Shown one piece after another: positions 39,101 to 48,102 of a stretch of DNA of 64,000 nt (positions within the stretch are counted from its first letter, which is position 1; the number at the start of each line of letters is the position of its first letter). Source of the DNA: a virus (taxonomy: Duplodnaviria > Heunggongvirae > Uroviricota > Caudoviricetes); the IMG/VR virus record IMGVR_UViG_3300027608_000011; one strand, written 5' to 3'. The notes under the pieces are model-generated. The model made no database searches. It had not been told where the DNA came from and saw only the letters and a list, made by a program, of their open reading frames with translations. Position numbers and translations under genes: made by a program.

Positions 39101-39627
39101 GCAAAAAAATGCTGACTCCTTGGGTTATGGCACATCGATTAGGACACGCTATACAAGCCGGAGTTAGATCAAAGGGATTGGGTCGCAAAGATCCTGATCA
39201 TCCATGGGCTCGTGGTGAAGATCATTTCTTTAAAGCAGTTAATTCTATGTTAGAAGAACACTATGGTAAACGTGGTACAGCCGGCGGTGACTTAAAATAT
39301 GAACTTACTCCAGAATATAACGCATTGTTTAATGCTATGGGAACACAACGAAGTAGTCGCAGTAACGAAATCCGCAGACCATATGAATTTTTATATGAAA
39401 TATTTGCACAATATCTAGGAACTGGAAAAGTTACATTTAACCCGTTACCAGCTAATTTAGCATACGGACGCAAAGCGTGGGGAAATCCCACTAAGTATAT
39501 GAACATTAAGCCGGAATATAAAGAAGAAACTGACAGGCATCAAATTGCAGATCAGTTGGCATACGACATGGAACTAATGTTTAATGACGTAATGAGTCAG
39601 ATGGTTGGTAAAATTTTAGTAATGTAA
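36166..39627 (+). CDS. 1153-aa polyvalent head-internal polyprotein (ParB-like, unknown, GNAT, ParB-like, unknown, zincin-like)
   Basis: EGNHR, VYPEFKGKGFGKLL, EGWHR, TPKGIYFYPL and HRLGH modules; the first five are separated by QGVAE/QDVSE repeats, the last by SLEE. Confidence 0.75.
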   Translation: MKLRELLETIVTESTLSVDVPTEEWLQDKIDYAKKKGRNEYGVPYMGSTTASVRGTPPKVRVVRLHSLRGMRREQTNVRYNDLKWLMDYMDKNKKLPPMGSSPDSEYLPYIMVAYNGEAWVNEGNHRIMAAYRLGWDTMPIEIRYFDGGERVEDGPMYPGKIGLGNTPKVKEQDVSEAPAGYKEIEFVCVNPQFPDATDPALQKKMYRGLKQIDGVVPLWQEWGDYSEGQASLSAIYQDSDSRDKILSLAKQLGVEVDLEQAVSADYVDRARRGEHEGQQGVAEGLQNNGISFRVQKGKNKFVTTMTVNNEQVGVYQYDATTGRSIAEVYPEFKGKGFGKLLVLHAIYTAAKLGLDFQEDESRTAEYDNVLDSLSSNSYIVDDDGYWYVTGEGEQYLQQSLKQGVAEGSVQISEYRDRLLQYVKSLLPNYPEYVLKDWLVPNKGDFSNLPDTDLKNGIMEKLKLAGLTPNTKWQLVPDMKFTMDMFEPKTKQRLIGRAGGSSDLGMGIPRDKERHATQAALAQQQGGVRKEPVLLIKTDKGYELLEGWHRTIQHFAKYPNGYTGPAYVAVAQQGVAEARSNPEQNVKYESGMKELVAVANSIADTENWAISMTSEAKLGINPQVGISEDTPKGIYFYPLDYAVDFARRGKKLPWGHDYLYIQLFQYDRSGEMTKETSVDSNKLKQALLQYCPEDVIQQAIDEPEYDGTPYYFIYDCLSRLGKSDETNVVRWNKVLRDLGFTSVFDDGHGWIAHNEPTQGVVLDPRVIKQLKTISNKKQSKLITPAVIERAIFETMDMELAASRSWQAYDPDGSKLRAAAKEYAKKPEFKQWFGKQATEEIFDKAASWGRYGARQLSQEAWAWYKEQQAQQPVKQESLEEAPLADYEPLGDFTKPGPFTGADKKLIPHPANQLKAEQFFSKTPYDIRLFFSNLTGTGKYSEYGVMAPDVLKIIFGDDADKIINGHDDAITVVYVGNKGDSKKMLTPWVMAHRLGHAIQAGVRSKGLGRKDPDHPWARGEDHFFKAVNSMLEEHYGKRGTAGGDLKYELTPEYNALFNAMGTQRSSRSNEIRRPYEFLYEIFAQYLGTGKVTFNPLPANLAYGRKAWGNPTKYMNIKPEYKEETDRHQIADQLAYDMELMFNDVMSQMVGKILVM

Positions 39628-39637
39628 AGGATAATAT

Positions 39638-40024
39638 ATGAGAGCACACGAATTATTTGAAGATGGGTACCATGAAGAAAAGCAACCCAGATGGGGACAA
39701 GATCGTGCCAAGATTGATATCATTGGTTTGGGCCATTTGATCCTGGCAGGAACAGTACCAGTAGGAAAAAATGCAGTTAGTAGTATCAAATCTTTGTCCA
39801 GTGTAGGCATAACCTTTGCAGATTTACATACTAGATTAGAAGAATTTTACAAAGAAAAAGAAGACAGCGAAGCCGATTGTATACCAATCATTAAAAAATG
39901 GTTACTGACACATAAGCCACATATTGCACAAGAGCTACACAGTGAACATTGGGAAACAACCCCAAAAAGTTCATCAATGATGAGCAGTAAACAAACGCAA
40001 CATCCTCCCACGGCTACTAGTTGA
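39638..40024 (+). CDS. Small putative head-internal protein
   Basis: MRAHELFED start; AGGA ribosome-binding site. Confidence 0.55.
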   Translation: MRAHELFEDGYHEEKQPRWGQDRAKIDIIGLGHLILAGTVPVGKNAVSSIKSLSSVGITFADLHTRLEEFYKEKEDSEADCIPIIKKWLLTHKPHIAQELHSEHWETTPKSSSMMSSKQTQHPPTATS

Positions 40025-40054
40025 CAATCACGATTAACTATTGTATAATAAATA
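40021..40054 (+). promoter_or_regulatory. Perfect sigma70 promoter overlapping a TAAATA box, driving the radical SAM array
   Basis: TTGACA(40021)-17 nt-TATAAT(40044); TAAATA at 40049. Confidence 0.8.
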
Positions 40055-40065
40055 CGTAGTTAATT

Positions 40066-41712
40066 ATGCGCCCATACATACACACCAATCCCCTAACCAC
40101 CACTGAAGTTACCAAAATACAGGAGTCTAGCACTGAATGGCTTAATGCCCAAAGTCCTAGCATGTGTTTAGCCAAGTGGTATCACGTTAGTTTACATTTA
40201 ACTAACGGACGTACCCATAGCTGTTATCACCCTCCTACACATAAAATTAACATAGAAGATATCAAATACAAAGCCAGTGCATTACATAACACTGACCAAA
40301 AAATTATAGAGCGTAAACAAATGCTCCGCGGAGAGAAGCCAGAAGGATGTAAGTACTGCTGGAGTTTAGAAGATCAAGGTAACCTTAGCGACCGTCACTA
40401 TCGTAGCAGTGAACATTGGGCATTGCCGTACAGAGATAGTGCGTCTGTTAATTTAGAACCCAATCCAACTTACGTAGAAGTAAACTTTAATCAAAGTTGC
40501 AATTTTAAATGTAGCTATTGCAGTCCGCATCTAAGTACAGCCTGGGAAGAAGAAATTAAAGAATTTGGTCCGTATCCCACCAGTGCTCCACACAATGCTA
40601 TCCAAGCATTGGATACATTAGAACTAATGCCACTCAAAGTAGCAAACAAAGACAATGCTTATGTAGAAGCGTTCTGGAGATGGTGGCCAGAATTATATAA
40701 CACATTGCTAGTATTTCGTATGACTGGTGGTGAGCCGCTAATGGATAAGAATACGTTTAAGGTGCTGGACTATGTTGCTAATAATCCCAAAGGCGATTTA
40801 GAGATTAGCATTACCAGCAACATGGTGCCGCCTGATCCTAAGTTAATGGATAAGTTTATTAATACTATACAAGACATAGAAAAATATACTGCCAGTGCAA
40901 CAGTAGTTGCTATAAACAATGGAAAGAAAAGTCACGATAAATGGCCAAGGCATGTGTTAAACAAATCTAGTGTTAACGCAGATACCTTACACAGATTACA
41001 GATTAATGGGTTACCAAATACTAACAGTATTCCCGACGATGGCAGTTTCGGTTACGAGTTAACAACTACCAAAGCATGTCGACATGTTGGTGTATATGTT
41101 AGTTGCGACAGTGTAGGAGAACAAGCGGAATATATACGCTATGGTCTCGAGTACGCCACATTGATTAATAATGTAAAGCGTGTGTTATACGATACGCATA
41201 TGACTACTATTACTTTTATTAATACTTTTAATATTTTAAGTATTCCTAAATTACAACAGTATTTAGAAATGATTCTAGAAATGCGTAGGTATGTTAATAC
41301 CCTTAAGGATATTCCTGAAAAGAATCCAACATATAATAATTTCTGGAGTCGACAGCGTGTATGGTTTGATTTGCCAACGTTACGTACCCCAGTATGGTTA
41401 ACTGTGCAAACATTACCCAGCAATATGTATGTGTTATTAGATAATGCATTAAAATATATGTCAGCCAATTCTACAGATGTACACGGAGATTTAATAGGAT
41501 TTGCAGATTTTGAAATAGATAAACTCAAACGAAATATCGATTGGATGAAATCCAGTTTGCTATCGGAATCGCAAAAACAATTATTACGTAGTGATTTCTA
41601 TGCATTTTTTAAAGAGTATGATTATAGAAAGAATACTAATTTTGTGAAGACATTCCCAGAGCTACAGCTTTATTGGAAGCAATGCGAGAACAATTATAAT
41701 GCAAGAACCTAA
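40066..41712 (+). CDS. Radical SAM enzyme with N-terminal twitch/SPASM-like Cys cluster (#1)
   Basis: CNFKCSYC, TGGEP; N-terminal C..KW...SCYHP...CKYCW. Confidence 0.9.
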   Translation: MRPYIHTNPLTTTEVTKIQESSTEWLNAQSPSMCLAKWYHVSLHLTNGRTHSCYHPPTHKINIEDIKYKASALHNTDQKIIERKQMLRGEKPEGCKYCWSLEDQGNLSDRHYRSSEHWALPYRDSASVNLEPNPTYVEVNFNQSCNFKCSYCSPHLSTAWEEEIKEFGPYPTSAPHNAIQALDTLELMPLKVANKDNAYVEAFWRWWPELYNTLLVFRMTGGEPLMDKNTFKVLDYVANNPKGDLEISITSNMVPPDPKLMDKFINTIQDIEKYTASATVVAINNGKKSHDKWPRHVLNKSSVNADTLHRLQINGLPNTNSIPDDGSFGYELTTTKACRHVGVYVSCDSVGEQAEYIRYGLEYATLINNVKRVLYDTHMTTITFINTFNILSIPKLQQYLEMILEMRRYVNTLKDIPEKNPTYNNFWSRQRVWFDLPTLRTPVWLTVQTLPSNMYVLLDNALKYMSANSTDVHGDLIGFADFEIDKLKRNIDWMKSSLLSESQKQLLRSDFYAFFKEYDYRKNTNFVKTFPELQLYWKQCENNYNART

Positions 41713-43105
41713 AACATATTATTCTAAATTATTAGAGACTAAAGAAAAACTCAATGCAGTTGGTAAGGGTTTTTGCCTAATGAAGTGGCAAACGGAAACG
41801 TTATATCTACACATGGGAGATAATCATAGCTGTTACCATCCGCGTCCACATAAAATATTGTTAAGTGATATTAAACGGAACCCCAGTGGATTACATAATA
41901 CTGCATTTAAAAAAGAACAACGTAAAGTTATGCTCGAAGGCGGGAGACCCAATGAATGTCAGTATTGTTGGAATGTAGAGGATCTAGAAGGGGATCATGT
42001 AAGTGATAGAATGGTGCATAGTACCAGTGATTATGCAATTAAAGACTATGATGCTATTCGTAATTTAGATGCGGATGCAGATTGGAATCCTAGACATATT
42101 GAAATTAGCTTTGGTAATGCTTGCCAACTTAAATGTGGATATTGTTGTCCCCAGGCCAGTAGTGCATGGATGGAAGAAATCAAACGTAAGGGAGATTACG
42201 ATATTACCACCAAACAATATAGCATTGACTTTTTAAAGTCAGGCGTATTTTACGAGCCAGACATGGAAAATCCCTATGTGGATGCATTTTGGGAGTGGTG
42301 GCCAACTTTAAAAAATGACTTAGAAGTATTTCGCATTACTGGCGGAGAGCCGTTACTTAACAGCAATACATTTAAATTGTTAGATATGTTAGATGATGAT
42401 CCTAGTCCACATCTGCAAATACATATTAACAGTAACTTAGGAATGAAGTCTAGCTTAGTAGAAAAGCTAAGTGCTAAAGTAAATAAGTTACTAACAGAAG
42501 GCAAGATTAAAGATTTTAGATTATTCACTAGTATTGACGGATGGGGAGAACGTGCAGAATATATGCGTAACGGTTTAGATTGTGCGTTATGGGAAAAGAA
42601 TGTTCGTATATTTTTAGATACTGTACCCAACAGTAAAATTAATTTAATGATTACATTTAATGTTCTCAGCGTTGTGCAATTTAGGCTTCTGTTAGATAAG
42701 ATTTCTAGTCTGCGTAAAGAGTATGGCACGTTGGAGAATATGCATACACAACGTATTGGCTTTGATACTCCGTACTTAAAAGAGCCGCCACACTGGATGA
42801 TTAATATATTGCCCAGGCAATATATGGATTTCATGCACGATCATTTACGTCATATGACTATTAATGAACGAACTGTTAACAACCAACACGGCTTTGATAA
42901 AGTAGAAATTGAAAAATTTAAACGTGTAGTTGATTACATGGGAGCCAGTAATGTTGATCCCGAAGTTATTAAACAAGGCCGTAGAGATTTTTACACGTTC
43001 TTTACAGAACATGACAAGAGAAGAAATGTTAGTTTACTAGATACATTTCCAGAATACACAGATTTTTATAATTTCTGTGAACAAGTATATAGGAATTACA
43101 AATGA
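41699..43105 (+). CDS. Radical SAM/twitch enzyme (#2)
   Basis: CQLKCGYC, TGGEP; SCYHP, CQYCW. Confidence 0.9.
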   Translation: MQEPKTYYSKLLETKEKLNAVGKGFCLMKWQTETLYLHMGDNHSCYHPRPHKILLSDIKRNPSGLHNTAFKKEQRKVMLEGGRPNECQYCWNVEDLEGDHVSDRMVHSTSDYAIKDYDAIRNLDADADWNPRHIEISFGNACQLKCGYCCPQASSAWMEEIKRKGDYDITTKQYSIDFLKSGVFYEPDMENPYVDAFWEWWPTLKNDLEVFRITGGEPLLNSNTFKLLDMLDDDPSPHLQIHINSNLGMKSSLVEKLSAKVNKLLTEGKIKDFRLFTSIDGWGERAEYMRNGLDCALWEKNVRIFLDTVPNSKINLMITFNVLSVVQFRLLLDKISSLRKEYGTLENMHTQRIGFDTPYLKEPPHWMINILPRQYMDFMHDHLRHMTINERTVNNQHGFDKVEIEKFKRVVDYMGASNVDPEVIKQGRRDFYTFFTEHDKRRNVSLLDTFPEYTDFYNFCEQVYRNYK

Positions 43106-44400
43106 GATTAATGAATTATGATGTACCGGCGTTGTATGGCCCGGGAGAAATTTCAGGCATGCACTTAGAATTAACAGACAAATGTAATGCTGGTTGTCCT
43201 ATGTGCCCGCGTTATATCAACAACGGCGCAGAAGTCAACCCTAATGTATTAGAAACAGAAATTACCCTAGAGCAATTTAAAACTTGGTTCCCTCCTAGTT
43301 TTGTTAAACAACTCAAACGTGTGTATGCTTGCGGCAATTACGGTGACCCAATTGTTGCCAAGGATAGTTTAAAGATCTTCCAGTACATGAGAGAACACAA
43401 TGACACTATGGCTCTTACATTGCACACCAATGCCAGTGCCCGTAGCTTGTCGTGGTGGACAGAGTTAGGTAAAGTAGTTAATAACTTTGAACGCGGTGAC
43501 TTTTGTGTATTCAGTGTGGACGGATTAGCAGACACTAACCCATTGTATAGACGTAATACAAACTTTGAAAAAATCTATGCAAATATGAAAGCGTTCAAAG
43601 CCGCGGGCGGTGTTGCAAAATGGGATTACATTGTATTCAAACATAATGAACATCAAGTGGAAGAAGCTAGGCAAATTGCCAAAGACTTGGGTTTTGAATT
43701 CTTTAATGTCAAACGTACCACACGTTGGCATAAATGGGACGAGCGCGGCCGCGGCTTTTTTGAAGTATATGATAAAACAAAAGAAATTACACACAAACTA
43801 GAACAGCCAGAGAATGAAAATTTTAGAGATAGTAATTTTAAAGAATTGAAGGGCGTTGGTATTGTGCCTATGTATATAACTAATCAAGAATTTGATAAGA
43901 TGAATCAGATTAGTTTAGAGCACAGAGAATGGGACAATCAGAAAAACGAATGGGTTTCATTTCAGCATAATAAAATTGAAGTAAGTTGCAGAGCACAACA
44001 TCACGAAAAGGGCGGCAACAACATGGTGAATGAAATATTTGTCAGTGCCAGCGGGCATGTATTTCCTTGTTGTTTTATTGGTGGTGAACCTTGGCGTCAT
44101 ATCAATGATGATCGTCCATGGGAAGTGGCTAAACAAGGTCCTGCATTTAAAGGTTCCAGTGATGATGCAAGTATGCAAATGATTGAACTAGCTGGCGGAC
44201 TAGATACATTAAGTCTGCACAAAAATACATTGACAGAAGTATTGCAAGGCCAGTTCTTTGATCGATATCTGCCGCGTAGTTTATACAAAGGACACAATAT
44301 GCGTAGCAGACAATGCAGTACATGTTGCGGTAAAGAATGGAATAAATTAGACAATGGTGAGTTAGGCACCCACCACAACAAAACTCATACTGATGAATGA
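43102..44400 (+). CDS. Radical SAM enzyme with C-terminal SPASM/twitch domain (#3)
   Basis: CNAGCPMC; C-terminal SC...GHVFPCC...CSTCC. Confidence 0.9.
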   Translation: MRLMNYDVPALYGPGEISGMHLELTDKCNAGCPMCPRYINNGAEVNPNVLETEITLEQFKTWFPPSFVKQLKRVYACGNYGDPIVAKDSLKIFQYMREHNDTMALTLHTNASARSLSWWTELGKVVNNFERGDFCVFSVDGLADTNPLYRRNTNFEKIYANMKAFKAAGGVAKWDYIVFKHNEHQVEEARQIAKDLGFEFFNVKRTTRWHKWDERGRGFFEVYDKTKEITHKLEQPENENFRDSNFKELKGVGIVPMYITNQEFDKMNQISLEHREWDNQKNEWVSFQHNKIEVSCRAQHHEKGGNNMVNEIFVSASGHVFPCCFIGGEPWRHINDDRPWEVAKQGPAFKGSSDDASMQMIELAGGLDTLSLHKNTLTEVLQGQFFDRYLPRSLYKGHNMRSRQCSTCCGKEWNKLDNGELGTHHNKTHTDE

Positions 44401-45742
44401 CATTAAAACACTAATTGAAGTACGTGATAAGTTAAACGAAGTTGGTAAGGGATTTTGTTTACTCAAATGGACACAACAAACGCTGTACTTGCAGACAGGT
44501 GATAACCATAGTTGTTATCATCCCTACCCACACAAAATTGCATTGACTGACATTCAGCGTAGTCCAGCCGGTATACATAATACTGCTCACAAAAAGGAAC
44601 GCAGAAAGCAAATGTTGTCCAATGAACGTCCAGACGAATGTTATTTTTGTTGGCAAGTAGAAGACAACGGACACATCAGTGATAGAATTATTAATAGTGC
44701 AAACGACATAACACAGTTTGACGTTATTAAAAACTTATCTAGTGAAGCTGATTACAATCCAAGTTTTATTGAAGTCAACTTTGGCAACGTTTGTAATTTT
44801 ATGTGCGGATACTGTACCCCTACTGTTAGTAACAGTTGGATCAACGATATTGCAAAGAACGGAGAGTTCCCAGTAAAAACAAATCAATACAAAATTGATT
44901 TTATCCGAGATCGAGAATATTACGAAAGTGACGATGAGAACAATCCTTACGTTAAAGCCTTTTGGGAGTGGTGGCCTGACCTTGTCAAGGATCTAAAAAC
45001 TCTAAGGATTACCGGCGGCGAACCCATGCTTAATCAAAACACATGGCAACTGTTGGATAAGTTAGAAGCAGAGCCGGCTCCACATTTAACTTTGTTGATC
45101 AACAGTAACTTAGGTGTTAAGCCTGGCCTAATTGAACGACTTAGTCAGCGTGTTCGAACACTGTTACAAAAGAAATGTATTAAAGATTATCGTATGCACG
45201 TTAGTATAGACACATGGGGTAAGCCGGCAGAATATATACGCTATGGACTGGACTGTGATATATTTGAAAAGAATCTAATAACTATAATGGATAATTTTAA
45301 AGATATCAATGCCAGTATAGAAATTATGGTCACATACAACAATTTAGTGTTACCTAGCTTTAGACAATTGTTAATTAAAATTCAAGAGTGGAGAAAATTA
45401 TACGGCGACCGCTTAGAATTTATTACTCCGCATCTTAAAGAGCCAGTCCACTGGAGTATTAATATCTTACCGAAAAGTTTTGTTAAATACATAGATAACG
45501 ATATTGAGTTTATGCAACAGCAGGGATTTAACCCAATTGAAATAGAAAGATTAGATAGGGTTCGTAGTCATATGATAAATTATACGTACCCCGTAGATGT
45601 AGAATACAACGCCAAATCAGATTTTTATAACTTCTTTACCGAACATGATCGCCGACGCGGTACTAATTTTATAGAAGTATTTCCGGAATACAAAGACTTT
45701 TTCAATGACTGCAAAAAATACACTCTGCATACTCCCATTTAA
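44393..45742 (+). CDS. Radical SAM/twitch enzyme (#4)
   Basis: CNFMCGYC, TGGEP; SCYHP, CYFCW. Confidence 0.9.
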   Translation: MNDIKTLIEVRDKLNEVGKGFCLLKWTQQTLYLQTGDNHSCYHPYPHKIALTDIQRSPAGIHNTAHKKERRKQMLSNERPDECYFCWQVEDNGHISDRIINSANDITQFDVIKNLSSEADYNPSFIEVNFGNVCNFMCGYCTPTVSNSWINDIAKNGEFPVKTNQYKIDFIRDREYYESDDENNPYVKAFWEWWPDLVKDLKTLRITGGEPMLNQNTWQLLDKLEAEPAPHLTLLINSNLGVKPGLIERLSQRVRTLLQKKCIKDYRMHVSIDTWGKPAEYIRYGLDCDIFEKNLITIMDNFKDINASIEIMVTYNNLVLPSFRQLLIKIQEWRKLYGDRLEFITPHLKEPVHWSINILPKSFVKYIDNDIEFMQQQGFNPIEIERLDRVRSHMINYTYPVDVEYNAKSDFYNFFTEHDRRRGTNFIEVFPEYKDFFNDCKKYTLHTPI

Positions 45743-46925
45743 TACTCTAAGCATAGGACAAAGTGGACATCAGCGTTTATGCTGTAATGCACTTAACGGA
45801 GGACTTAGTGGTGAGGGCTGGCCTGGCCCGGTAACACAACGACCTACATTGCAATGGCAACAGGGTCAGACTATACAAAAGATACGAGATGTAATGGTTG
45901 CTGGATATAAGCCATCCCAGTGTGAACGTTGCTGGGAATTAGAAAAGATGGGATCTGAAAGTTATCGACAAATTAATAACACATACAGATTTCCTGAAAG
46001 CTATGCTAAATTAGAAGCAGGCGACCAAACTGTTAAACTAGAAAGATTAGAATTAGACTTTGGTAACAAATGTAATCTTGCTTGCCGTATGTGTCACCCA
46101 TATAGTAGTAGTTTGCTGGCGCAAGAAGTTGCAAAAGATCCTGTAAATGCATATACAACTATTGATATTAAATTCCTAGAAGAAAACAGTTGGGTTAAAC
46201 GTAGTAGATTGTTTGATGTTGTCCGTGAACAAGGACATGATTTAAAGAGCGTGTATATAATTGGTGGTGAGCCATTGATTATGGATGAGCAAGAAGAATT
46301 CTTAGATTTACTTATAGAATTAGATTTTGCTAAAAATATTTCATTGGAGTATAATAGCAACATTACAACTATTGGAAAAAAATGGTACGACAAGTGGAGC
46401 AACTTTAGAGAAGTTAATTTAAATGCTAGTATTGACGGAGTAGGATCAATATATGAATATGTACGTTGGCCTGCGAAGTGGGATAAAATTTATAACAATT
46501 TAAAAGAGCTACAGGATTGGCATAAACAAGACACAACTAAAAACAAAGTATGTGTTCACTCCACGCTTAGTAATTTAACTGTCCCGGGCATTGCCGAAAC
46601 AGCTGACATACTAATAGGAGAAATGAATTTTAATATATTTTTTATTAATGTAGATCATCCCACTTGTATGCGACCTGAAGTACTACCGGCAAAGGTTAAG
46701 CAGACCCTTGCCCGTACGGGAATAGAACATATTCAAAAGAACTTTAAGGATCATTATTCATTGTCAAATGTTGTCAGAACATTAGAGCGTGTAGTTGCCA
46801 GTAGTGAGCCCAGTGAACAAGACAAAATAGATTTTATAAAAAGAATGAATTACATGGACAAGCATCGTAAGCAAAATCTATTAGATTTACATCCGTGGTT
46901 TGAGGAATGGTATGTACATCAATAA
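45705..46925 (+). CDS. Radical SAM/twitch enzyme (#5)
   Basis: CNLACRMC, IGGEP; LC.LPF...LCC, CERCW. Confidence 0.9.
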   Translation: MTAKNTLCILPFNTLSIGQSGHQRLCCNALNGGLSGEGWPGPVTQRPTLQWQQGQTIQKIRDVMVAGYKPSQCERCWELEKMGSESYRQINNTYRFPESYAKLEAGDQTVKLERLELDFGNKCNLACRMCHPYSSSLLAQEVAKDPVNAYTTIDIKFLEENSWVKRSRLFDVVREQGHDLKSVYIIGGEPLIMDEQEEFLDLLIELDFAKNISLEYNSNITTIGKKWYDKWSNFREVNLNASIDGVGSIYEYVRWPAKWDKIYNNLKELQDWHKQDTTKNKVCVHSTLSNLTVPGIAETADILIGEMNFNIFFINVDHPTCMRPEVLPAKVKQTLARTGIEHIQKNFKDHYSLSNVVRTLERVVASSEPSEQDKIDFIKRMNYMDKHRKQNLLDLHPWFEEWYVHQ

Positions 46926-48102
46926 ACAAACATTCTGCATACATCCAAATGCGGCCATCAGTACCACACCCGACGGACATTATAAAACATGTTGTATGAG
47001 CGAAGAAGTCATACGTAAACCAGACAGTACTCCTTACAAACCCAGTATTGATAATATGCAAGAAGCGTTTGATAGTCCATGGATGAATAACTTACGCAGA
47101 GATTTAAATATTGGATTTAAACATCCTAATTGTAAAAGATGCTGGGATGAGGAACGTGCTGGCCAAAATAGTAAGCGTATGCGAGATAGTAGGGAATACT
47201 TGGATGGCGTAAAAACTATTAACAAAGGCGAACACATAATTAAGATAGTGGATTTGAAAATGGGTAACTTGTGTAACCTAAAATGTAGAATTTGTAATCC
47301 ATGGAATAGCAGTCAATGGATAGATGAATGGTATAAACTAAAGCCTCCTCAAGAATCTAAGATTGAATTTCACAAAACATTCAAAGCAATGCGTGATGCA
47401 TGGAAATCAGATCAAAACATTTGGACCAACTTGAAACAGGCATTACCGCATATTGAACATATGGACCTGTACGGCGGAGAGCCGTTAATGATTGAAAACA
47501 TGTGGGACATTCTAACACATAGTGTAGAAAATGGTTACAGTAAAAATCAAACAATACACTACAACACCAATGGCAGTATAATGCCCAGTGACGAGCAAAT
47601 AGAATTATGGAAACAATTTAAATTAGTTGATGTGCAAGTGAGTGTAGATGATATTAATGACAGGCATCATTATCAACGTTATCCCAGTGAATGGGATAAA
47701 GTGCGAGACAATGTGCTAAAATTTAAAAATCACAGTTGGATCAGATTAAGTACCAATGCCACTATAAGTAACTATAATATTTTTTACTTGGATGAGATCA
47801 CTGACGAGATTGTAAAGAACATTGGTACCAGTGTTTGGTATAATATATTACATGCACCATATGATCAAAGCGTGGCGGCGCTGGATCCTGAAATTAAAGA
47901 AATATTAGTTAAAAAATTAGAACACCTTAACTCGTATCAACATGAGATTATGCCCATATTGAATTTCGTAGCCAGTAAGCCAGACCCAGAAAAAATTAGA
48001 ATGTTTTTAACTCGTAATGAAGAACAAGATGAATATCGTAAACAGAGCTTTGCAACCACTTTCCCAGAGTGGAACGCAATCCTTAGATCCCACTACAAAT
48101 AA
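46912..48102 (+). CDS. Radical SAM/twitch enzyme (#6)
   Basis: CNLKCRIC, YGGEP; FC.HP...TCC, CKRCW. The start at 46912 has a GAGG ribosome-binding site. Confidence 0.9.
   Translation: MYINKQTFCIHPNAAISTTPDGHYKTCCMSEEVIRKPDSTPYKPSIDNMQEAFDSPWMNNLRRDLNIGFKHPNCKRCWDEERAGQNSKRMRDSREYLDGVKTINKGEHIIKIVDLKMGNLCNLKCRICNPWNSSQWIDEWYKLKPPQESKIEFHKTFKAMRDAWKSDQNIWTNLKQALPHIEHMDLYGGEPLMIENMWDILTHSVENGYSKNQTIHYNTNGSIMPSDEQIELWKQFKLVDVQVSVDDINDRHHYQRYPSEWDKVRDNVLKFKNHSWIRLSTNATISNYNIFYLDEITDEIVKNIGTSVWYNILHAPYDQSVAALDPEIKEILVKKLEHLNSYQHEIMPILNFVASKPDPEKIRMFLTRNEEQDEYRKQSFATTFPEWNAILRSHYK

Noticed and set aside
48017-48102. Programmed frameshift fusing radical SAM #6 and #7
   Set aside because: The 86-nt overlap is explained by available ATG/TTG starts. 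Each ORF is complete with its own N- and C-terminal motifs, and I saw no clear slippery site.
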